12,899 nucleotides of DNA from Fibrobacterales bacterium (GTDB lineage: Bacteria; Fibrobacterota; Fibrobacteria; Fibrobacterales; CAWVXU01). The notes beneath the pieces are model-generated. The model was not told the DNA's origin. It searched no databases and worked only from the letters and a program-made list of their open reading frames with translations. This document shows, piece after piece, positions 1-6,373 of the stretch. Each line of letters starts with the position of its first letter. Position 1 is the stretch's first letter. A program made the position numbers and the translations under genes. The stretch spans positions 1-12,899 of the forward strand of contig JBNKYI010000034.1 in NCBI GenBank assembly GCA_050300815.1, written 5' to 3'.

Positions 1-328
1 CCCACGCCAGTGGGGATGATCCGTGAATAGACTTGATCGGGTAGCGGATAAATCTGTGTTCCCCACGCCAGTGGGGATGATCCGATCCAACAGCTACGGA
101 ATCTGCGGATAATGTGGTGTTCCCCACGCCAGTGGGGATGATCCGTCCGTGGGATTCTAGACGCGTCAGCAGATGCAGTGTTCCCCACGCCAGTGGGGAT
201 GATCCGTTATCTGTTCCAGCCCGCCAGATGTTGCAGATGTGTTCCCCACGCCAGTGGGGATGATCCGATCATCCGTCTATTGAGATGACGCGCGATGAAG
301 TGTTCCCCACGCCAGTGGGGATGATCTG
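1..328 (+). CRISPR. CRISPR array, type I-E-like. The window starts inside the array: a partial repeat at 1-23, then full 29-bp repeats at 56-84, 117-145, 178-206, 239-267 and 300-328. Five 32-nt spacers lie at 24-55, 85-116, 146-177, 207-238 and 268-299.
   Basis: Read directly: the repeat GTGTTCCCCACGCCAGTGGGGATGATCCG recurs with an exact 61-bp period and spacers are all 32 nt. The repeat closely resembles the E. coli I-E repeat GTGTTCCCCGCGCCAGCGGGGATAAACCG, and its internal hairpin CCCCAC-GCCA-GTGGGG is preserved by a compensatory A/T pair. The last copy is degenerate (ATGATCtG), which marks the trailer end. Confidence 0.92.
300..328 (+). repeat. Terminal degenerate CRISPR repeat (GTGTTCCCCACGCCAGTGGGGATGATCTG; C to T at repeat position 28) marking the trailer end of the array
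   Basis: One mismatch relative to the five upstream copies. It is followed by non-repeat AT-rich sequence. Realigning at 343-371 finds no further repeat (10/29 matches only). Confidence 0.8.
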
Positions 329-438
329 ATTGAAATAATGCTCGAGAACGAAGATGGGTGGGGAGAGGTTTCTTTTCTGGTGATTAAAGGATTGAAATTA
401 AGAAGAAACACCAAAAGCTATTTTTTAACACATCGAAT

Positions 439-468
439 TTGATGGGTTTAAAAAATCACCTCTAAACT
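439..468 (+). promoter_or_regulatory. Candidate sigma70-like promoter for the abiEi-like gene (TTGATG, about 18 nt, TAAACT) in the AT-rich array-trailer/abiE intergenic region
   Basis: Hexamers read by eye with plausible spacing. There is no experimental or statistical support, and the AT-rich context makes chance matches likely. Confidence 0.2.
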
Positions 469-513
469 GTAAAAGATGTCGTTATAGTGCAATTAAATAA
501 ACCGCTTCCATAG

Positions 514-1317
514 ATGCAAGCCAAAGTACCAATGAGCAAAATACTGCAAGAAAACTTCCCTAAGGGCCTGGTTTTACCAAGAAAATACCTACTTGCTAAA
601 GGGGTTCAGGCATACACTCTAGATAACAATGTGAGAAACGGCAAGTTTAGATTGGCGGCCAAAGGGATCTACAGTTGGAGTGAATCTTCAGTGAGTGTCG
701 AGGGTTTTTTAGCTTCGCTTCCATACCTTATGCAACAAAAAATATGGCTAGGGGCAGAGTCGGCATTGCGCTGGCAGGGTTTTGTGCATAACGTTTCTTT
801 TAGCAACTTGCAACGAGTTTCTCTTTTGAGTGAGTCTCATATACCTGCAAATATCAAGGCGGTTGCAAGTCAGATAAAAGGATTAGAGGCAGATTGGTGC
901 AGCGGGTCAAGGTTGTGGGATTATTCAACTCTACAAGCCTGTTCATCAAATGGTATGACGACTCAGATAGAGCGAAAAGGATTTCGTATAGAACTATCAA
1001 CACCCGAAATGGCAGTTCTTGAATTACTACATCAGGTGCCTGATAAAGTGAGTTTCGAAATGGCAGATCATATCATCCAAAGTCTCACTCAGTTATCTCC
1101 CCGCAAAATGACGAAGTGTTTAATCGCGTGTAAAAGTGTAAAAGCCAAAAGGCTCTTTTTTTGGTTTACCCAGCGTTACCAATATCCCTATAGCCAACAC
1201 CTGCAATCTAATGATTTTGACTTAGGCTCAGGTAAGCGCAGGGTAGCTAAAGATGGGGTATTAGATAAAGACCTTTTAATCACGGTGCCCAAAGAGATGC
1301 AAGAGGGGACGCAATGA
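514..1317 (+). CDS. AbiEi-like type IV toxin-antitoxin antitoxin / transcriptional regulator (267 aa). An alternative start at 532 (MSKILQ) is possible.
   Basis: The N-terminal segment KYLLAKGVQAYTLDNNVRNGKFRLAAKGIYSW fits the AbiEi N-terminal wHTH pattern (…eLlalGvs…l.rlv..G.L.rl.rGvY…). The mid-protein motif LSTPEMAVLELL resembles the STPERtllDll motif of the AbiEi C-terminal domain. Its stop overlaps the downstream AbiEii-like start (ATGA at 1314-1317). No Shine-Dalgarno is visible upstream of either candidate start. Confidence 0.55.
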   Translation: MQAKVPMSKILQENFPKGLVLPRKYLLAKGVQAYTLDNNVRNGKFRLAAKGIYSWSESSVSVEGFLASLPYLMQQKIWLGAESALRWQGFVHNVSFSNLQRVSLLSESHIPANIKAVASQIKGLEADWCSGSRLWDYSTLQACSSNGMTTQIERKGFRIELSTPEMAVLELLHQVPDKVSFEMADHIIQSLTQLSPRKMTKCLIACKSVKAKRLFFWFTQRYQYPYSQHLQSNDFDLGSGKRRVAKDGVLDKDLLITVPKEMQEGTQ

Positions 1318-2012
1318 GGGAAAGAGGCTCGGTATATTATAGACAGGTGCAGTTTTTAGTACAAATTTTCCCCTTAATTTTTACTAGAGAAATGTTTGCT
1401 CTAAAAGGCGGTACAGCGATCAACTTGTTTTATCGAGACCTGCCCCGTTTATCGGTAGATATTGATTTGGCCTATTTAGGGCGAGAGCCCAGAACAGAGG
1501 CATTGCACACCATAAGAGCTGTATTGGATGAAATTGCGGAAACAATTGAAAAACGTATGAGTGGGGTGGTCGTTCAAAAAAGTTATGAAAATAAAGAAGA
1601 TGCACTTCGGTTAGTGGTGCAAAGAGCAGATGTCAATGTCAAAATAGAGCTCTCTCCTGTGCTAAGAGGAATCGCTTTTCAGGTTCAGCAAAAAGCAATT
1701 TGCCCTAGGGCAGAAGATGAATTTGGTTTTGTCGAAGTGCCAGTTTTATCAATGGGAGATCTGTATGGGGGTAAAATCTGTGCGGCTTTAGACCGTCAAC
1801 ACCCTAGAGACTTTTTCGATATATGGCTGCTGCTTAAAAATGAGGGAATTACTGAAGAAATACGCAAAGGCACTTTAGTGTATTTGCTAAGCCATCGTAA
1901 GCCTTTAAGTGATCTATTAAACCCTAAACTCAAAGAATTAAAAAGAGTTTTTCAAAATGAATTTGAGGGCATGAGTGAACAGCCTATTGAATTAGAAGAA
2001 TTAGACTTTTGA
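1314..2012 (+). CDS. AbiEii/AbiGii-family nucleotidyltransferase toxin (DUF1814-like), 232 aa from 1314. The internal ATG at 1391 is an alternative start.
   Basis: The translation contains FALKGGTAINLFY…RLSVDIDL, the hallmark N-terminal motif of AbiEii nucleotidyltransferases (consensus about fvLKGGTAlnl…R.S.DIDf). It also contains the downstream GDLYGGKICAALDR…RDFFDIWLL (consensus about EKirAll.R…rDlyDiw.l). It is coupled to the upstream gene by an ATGA overlap. Confidence 0.75.
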   Translation: MRERGSVYYRQVQFLVQIFPLIFTREMFALKGGTAINLFYRDLPRLSVDIDLAYLGREPRTEALHTIRAVLDEIAETIEKRMSGVVVQKSYENKEDALRLVVQRADVNVKIELSPVLRGIAFQVQQKAICPRAEDEFGFVEVPVLSMGDLYGGKICAALDRQHPRDFFDIWLLLKNEGITEEIRKGTLVYLLSHRKPLSDLLNPKLKELKRVFQNEFEGMSEQPIELEELDF

Positions 2013-2149
2013 AGTCTAATGGGGATCAAAAAACAGGCCCTTTTATTTAAGATCTTGGTTACATACTTGAAAAATTAATCGTCTAAGTAAATTAAGAAGT
2101 CAATTAAATTTAAAGAAAAGTCAATTGCAACTAAGGTGCACGAGATCCT

Positions 2150-4111
2150 ATGAATAATATCGCTGCCCAATGGGATACCTTCCCCAAATGGTATAAAAAG
2201 TGGAAAAAGCTCAGCCCAGAGCAACGGTTTTTGATCCTTAAGTTAAAAGCAGGGCTTATGGGCGCTAGAGAAATATCAGGGATCGACAGAGGTGTTTTAG
2301 TTAAGCACGGTTTCATTGATAATGAAAATCCCGATTTCTATAAAATCAATATCGAAAAAGAAGCCCTGCGCTTTTTGAGGGTGGTCGATAAAATATATCT
2401 CTGGTCACAGTTAGAATTGCTCGATGCCTATTGGGAGTTTGGTAAGGCCTTCACGCAAAAAGACCAGCGTGTTTTTATTAGTCAAGAAGATTACAATTTA
2501 GATCGTATCAAAAGCGGTATGTGCTCAAGGTGGTTTTCTGGAGTTTATCTACGCGAGATAGTCGAGTCTAAAAATGAAATTGAATATTTTGCCAATCGAA
2601 ATTTGAAGTATAATTTTGAATGTCTCGACATCATTGAAAAAGATTTTTTTAAACAAATAAAAGCAGTGGTAGCGATTGCAGAAGAACAGGGCGGTGAAGA
2701 TGTGACTGCGGTCTCTACGCCAGACCTATTAAAATTGATTGATACTCAACATAAAGGAATAAGGCACGAAATCACTCAGTTCAAATTTTTTATCGACAAT
2801 GCTTTACATGCCCTGTTCTTGCCGATGCTTGATTCTGATCTCGACATCGTTTGGGTTATCCCTGCAATGAAAGATGAAGTTTTTGATGTCGAAATTAAAC
2901 TCCCCGAAGTGGCTCCAAAACATTTGATTTATCAATGCGATCAAGTACTCTACGACCTGAGGTTTTTCCTTAAATACATAGAAACTCATGATGTAGATGA
3001 ATTAATGATGGGTGGCGTTTCGGCGGTCAATCACCGCAAAATTATTTCGAATTGTGCTAAAACGCATCCTCTATTAGGTGACTGGGGAGTGGAAGACTTG
3101 CAACGCGGACGCATTTGTTATCAAATTTTATCTGATAATAACCTGATAACGACCATCAAAAAAAGCGCGCGCAAGTGGTTGGTCAAACCCAGTGCAGAAG
3201 CCGAGACGTTTTTGCAGTTAAATGCGAAAAATCAAAAAGAAACCATTTTAAAAACGCTTAGTATTGGCAAGACACAAGTGAGTAGTGAGTGGGTCAAGTG
3301 GCTTGATGGTTGGGATGCTCAACCCATGCCTTGGAAGGCGCAAACCCTTGTGATGTGGGAATCTCTCTCGGTTCATCTTAAACAATTAGCTAAGAGCTAT
3401 CCATTAAATTCATTGATCAATAAAATAGAGCACGAAGCCAACCCCCTTCGAATTGAATTGATGAGCAACCCCGAAGTCATGTCTGCTTGGCGCGGTTGGC
3501 GAGGAAGTCCACAAGAAATCTATCCATTTTACTTCTTAAAAAATGTGGCGGTACTGATCTACTTTGGTTTGGTGCAAATTCTTCACTCAGAAAAAGGACT
3601 GGTCCTTTTGTTAACCAATGAAGGCACAGAGTATTTCAATCTTGGTTCACAAAAATCAAGTAAGCCAATGTCACCGCCAAAATGCCTTATCGTTAATTCA
3701 GACCATACCCTATTTCAAACCGATCAGAAATTATACTTGGGGCATGTTTATCATCTTTTCTGTGATGAATACATCGTCGATGGTCCGGTTAAACTCAGTA
3801 AAGAGGCGATTTTGCGGTCGATTCAGATGGGATTTTCTGAACAAGAATTGATAAATACTTTGCAAGAATTTTCACAGAATAAAATCCCCCCTAATGTGGT
3901 GAGTGAGATTAGGCATCTTGCCCGTCCCAAAGAACCTGTGGTGGTAACCGAAACCCTCTTGATAGAGTCAAACGATATAATGCGCATTGCTTCAATTAAA
4001 GAAAAGTTTTCAAAAGATTTTGAAATGATTAACGCGCATATGCTAAGGTATGTGGGCAAACAAAAGGCAAGCGCGGTAAAGAAAAAGTTGATGGCAAAGG
4101 GATTGCTATAA
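2150..4111 (+). CDS. Hypothetical 653-aa protein with an N-terminal HTH-like segment and a C-terminal region resembling the XPB N-terminal 'helicase-associated'/damage-recognition domain. There is no helicase partner in the window.
   Basis: A long uninterrupted ORF has AGGTG 12-17 nt upstream of the ATG. The N-terminus LSPEQRFLILKLKAGLMGAREISGIDRGVL looks like a sigma-70-region-4/LuxR-type HTH. The C-terminal stretch VKLSKEAILRSIQMGFSEQELINTLQEFSQNKIPPNVVSEIRHLARPKEP aligns by eye with the mycobacterial XPB N-terminal segment ITPLALWNARAAGHDAEQVVDALVSYSRYAVPQPLLVDIVDTMARYG. I recognised no other family. Confidence 0.8.
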   Translation: MNNIAAQWDTFPKWYKKWKKLSPEQRFLILKLKAGLMGAREISGIDRGVLVKHGFIDNENPDFYKINIEKEALRFLRVVDKIYLWSQLELLDAYWEFGKAFTQKDQRVFISQEDYNLDRIKSGMCSRWFSGVYLREIVESKNEIEYFANRNLKYNFECLDIIEKDFFKQIKAVVAIAEEQGGEDVTAVSTPDLLKLIDTQHKGIRHEITQFKFFIDNALHALFLPMLDSDLDIVWVIPAMKDEVFDVEIKLPEVAPKHLIYQCDQVLYDLRFFLKYIETHDVDELMMGGVSAVNHRKIISNCAKTHPLLGDWGVEDLQRGRICYQILSDNNLITTIKKSARKWLVKPSAEAETFLQLNAKNQKETILKTLSIGKTQVSSEWVKWLDGWDAQPMPWKAQTLVMWESLSVHLKQLAKSYPLNSLINKIEHEANPLRIELMSNPEVMSAWRGWRGSPQEIYPFYFLKNVAVLIYFGLVQILHSEKGLVLLLTNEGTEYFNLGSQKSSKPMSPPKCLIVNSDHTLFQTDQKLYLGHVYHLFCDEYIVDGPVKLSKEAILRSIQMGFSEQELINTLQEFSQNKIPPNVVSEIRHLARPKEPVVVTETLLIESNDIMRIASIKEKFSKDFEMINAHMLRYVGKQKASAVKKKLMAKGLL

Positions 4112-4144
4112 GAAGTGATTGAGGCTTTAAGTCAAGAGAGCATC

Positions 4145-4181
4145 CAAATAAAATGGGAGAGTGGTGAAGCCACACTCTCCC
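4145..4181. terminator. Hairpin terminator between convergent genes: stem GGGAGAGTG (4155-4163) pairs with CACTCTCCC (4173-4181) around a 9-nt loop. An A/T tract at 4145-4154 gives a U-run (AUUUUAUUUG) for the - strand transcript of the glycosidase gene.
   Basis: Inverted repeat read directly. The U-tract fits - strand transcription. On the + strand the hairpin is followed by AAAACAAA, so it may stall but not classically terminate the 2150-4111 transcript. Confidence 0.55.
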
Positions 4182-4212
4182 AAAACAAATCGAATGGATT
4201 AGACTAAGAATT

Positions 4213-6033
4213 TTATTGTGCAAACACGATGGGTTTAGCTAAAGCAGAACTTGTAACTTTCAAAAGGGTTCCTTTTTGTGACCAGCCTGTGAGTTGCACG
4301 GTTTCAGCAGAATTCGCGTTAAACGCTTTTTGACGCAAGAGTCGGCCTTGATTGTCAAAAACCTGAATGGTATACAGCCCTGCTTTTTCGGCGGTGAATT
4401 GCAAGTCATCACCGTTCAAAACAAATGCTTTGCCGGGGTTTTGAGACAGTTGATTGTTTGTAACGGCATCGCCTTCTAAAACAAAATGCAGAACAGAGCG
4501 AGCGGGCAGTGAATAGGCAAAAGTATTTGAAACGATTGAGCTTACGGCGGTGCGTTGAGTGATGTTGCTAGAGCCTGAGTCATAACCCCAAACGGCGCCT
4601 GTATTTAGGTTGATTCCGACATTTTGAAGATTAAATGTTGCGGTTTCAGCAGTGCTTGATTTGTTGATGGCAATAAGGTGAAGCACTTTGGGGTCACTTG
4701 ATTGCTTCGCGGCGTGAATAGAAACGAGTCCGTTATCGCTTGATGTTGCTCCCAAGGCAATATCGCCAAAACGACTGCCACTGCCGTCGTAGTTGCCATA
4801 GATTTTAAAGCCAGCTTGGCCGTAGGCGTCAAGAGTGCCCCAATAGGTTGCGGCATAAACGCCGAATTTACCGTAAACGCCAAGAACATCGGCTACGGCT
4901 AACCCCCCGCTCCAATGTTCGGTCGCCCCAAAATCCCATTCGGTCACACTAAATTTAGTTCCCGGATAGTTAGCGGCAATTTTTTCGTTTAAGCGGGGAA
5001 TGAGTTTGATAGGACCTTGAGTCATCCAAGTGGCAATCCAGCTGGTTTCAGTATAGGTCGTGTCCCAAAGTGAACGAGGAGCTTGAATACGCGCTTCAGA
5101 CTGAAGGTCTGAGGTTTGGTTACAGTTTGTAGACATCAAAATACGGCAATCGGTTTCACCTTGAGCTTCGGGGTACCAATGGATATCAATAACGTCTAAA
5201 AGGCGTTTGCCGACGCTTTCGCTTTCGGTCTTCATGTCTTGTAAAAACTTGTCAAAAAACCAGGTGCCAGAGAGGTCAGACCAAGCGTCAGAATAGGCTG
5301 ACCATCCAAAAAGAACACCTCCGTAGACCTCGGCGCTGGGGTCGACGGCTTTAACGGCTTTGGCCAAAGGAATACTCTTGGCGAGGACACTCGCATAAGT
5401 GGCGGCGGTAGGTACGATACGAGGGTGGGTGCCATTCCAGAGATAAGGCTCATTATCGAGCAAATAACCTTGCACCCCGCCTTGTGCGGCGGTTCCATAT
5501 TTAGAGACTAAGAAGTTGACGAATTCGTCCATATAAACAGCGCTGTCGGTTAGGTCGGGAGTGGTCACAAAGGCGCTGCCTTTGGCGGCATGAACGGGTA
5601 TCCAGCGCGAGCTGGGAGCGGCCTCTGCCACAGAAACGGCTCCATTTTTATCAGCGGCGACATAGCCTGCCATTTGCAGGGTCACGATTGATTTTTGACT
5701 GCGGCTATTGCCAGCATCGACAAAATCGGTCACTACAATGCCCGGTACGTCACTGTTGCTCAAATAGCCATCACTGCTGTGTTGCCAATCCGAACCGGCG
5801 TTACTGGCATTTGTTTCCCAGTTGTAACCCGTAAAGCGGTTTCCACCTTGGCGTTGAAAGGTCATTCCCGAGCCTGAAAAATAGTTGTGGTCGTTATTCC
5901 CATAGACGTAAGGGCTTATTGTCTTTTGAGTTGTGGTATCAACGGTCAGAGTGACTTGGGCGTTAGCCGTTCCCATCGCAAGGGTAAAGGGAAACAAGAG
6001 ACTGAGGATTTTTGGGTTACTTATTATTTTCAT
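4213..6033 (-). CDS. Secreted clan GH-A glycoside hydrolase, most like family GH44 endoglucanase/xyloglucanase, with a C-terminal beta-rich sorting-like domain (606 aa)
   Basis: The N-terminal signal peptide is MKIISNPKILSLLFPFTLAMGTANAQ. LLDNEPYLW has the clan GH-A NEP acid/base (Glu195 by my count). SVTEWDFG has the TEW nucleophile (Glu365). The spacing of about 170 residues matches the roughly 173-residue spacing of the GH44 catalytic glutamates as I recall them. The NWETNASNAGSDW block also fits GH44. The C-terminal approximately 70 aa (…LYTIQVFDNQGRLL…KGTLLKV…) resembles a T9SS-type C-terminal domain. GC content is visibly higher than in the flanking genes. Confidence 0.7.
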   Translation of the reverse strand: MKIISNPKILSLLFPFTLAMGTANAQVTLTVDTTTQKTISPYVYGNNDHNYFSGSGMTFQRQGGNRFTGYNWETNASNAGSDWQHSSDGYLSNSDVPGIVVTDFVDAGNSRSQKSIVTLQMAGYVAADKNGAVSVAEAAPSSRWIPVHAAKGSAFVTTPDLTDSAVYMDEFVNFLVSKYGTAAQGGVQGYLLDNEPYLWNGTHPRIVPTAATYASVLAKSIPLAKAVKAVDPSAEVYGGVLFGWSAYSDAWSDLSGTWFFDKFLQDMKTESESVGKRLLDVIDIHWYPEAQGETDCRILMSTNCNQTSDLQSEARIQAPRSLWDTTYTETSWIATWMTQGPIKLIPRLNEKIAANYPGTKFSVTEWDFGATEHWSGGLAVADVLGVYGKFGVYAATYWGTLDAYGQAGFKIYGNYDGSGSRFGDIALGATSSDNGLVSIHAAKQSSDPKVLHLIAINKSSTAETATFNLQNVGINLNTGAVWGYDSGSSNITQRTAVSSIVSNTFAYSLPARSVLHFVLEGDAVTNNQLSQNPGKAFVLNGDDLQFTAEKAGLYTIQVFDNQGRLLRQKAFNANSAETVQLTGWSQKGTLLKVTSSALAKPIVFAQ

Positions 6034-6224
6034 ATGTGGCCTATCGGTGAGGGTTTAAATTCACTTCTTTGGGCATTAATTTAATCTCAAAAAATAGGGA
6101 TAGGAAAAGAATATTGAATAAATTGACGGATGTTGACTAAAAATCTGTCAATACCCAACAGATATAAACTGGCCTGATTGATTGGTGCTAAAATGGCAAC
6201 GATCTAGGTATGATTGCAGACTGG

Positions 6225-6254
6225 CCTCAGAGGTACCTCAGAGGTACCTCAGAG
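6225..6254. promoter_or_regulatory. Tandem repeat (CCTCAGAGGTA x about 2.7) containing two copies of the perfect 10-bp palindrome GAGGTACCTC (6230-6239 and 6241-6250) in the divergent promoter region. It is a candidate operator.
   Basis: Read directly. GAGGTACCTC is its own reverse complement and the two copies are 11 bp apart. It lies between the divergently transcribed glycosidase and HEXXH-protein genes. Confidence 0.35.
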
Positions 6255-6373
6255 CAGTTTGCGTTCTTGGTGCGGGCTAAGATAAAATCGGGCAGCCGCT
6301 AAATACTTTATTTTGTCTTGAAGACGTTTTTAGAATTTAGTTTGAAGGATTCATAGCCGTTAGAAGGGGTTTT

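Noticed and set aside
24-116. Shared 8-mer GCGGATAA in spacers 1 and 2
   Set aside because: The match is too short to distinguish from chance. No extended similarity exists between the spacers.
343-371. Possible extra decayed CRISPR repeat after the terminal repeat (contains GTGGGGA at 358-364)
   Set aside because: Aligned to the repeat it matches only about 10 of 29 positions, and the implied spacer (329-342) would be 14 nt instead of 32. It is most likely a coincidence or a far-decayed remnant.
329-513. AT-rich region considered as the CRISPR leader
   Set aside because: By homology with I-E, the repeat orientation (GTGTTCC…ATGATCCG on the + strand) places the leader 5' of the first repeat, upstream of coordinate 1. 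The adjacent repeat is the degenerate one, which is typical of the trailer end.
4155-4181. The hairpin as a + strand terminator for the 2150-4111 gene
   Set aside because: The + strand sequence after the stem is A-rich (AAAACAAA) rather than T-rich. Only - strand termination is classically supported.
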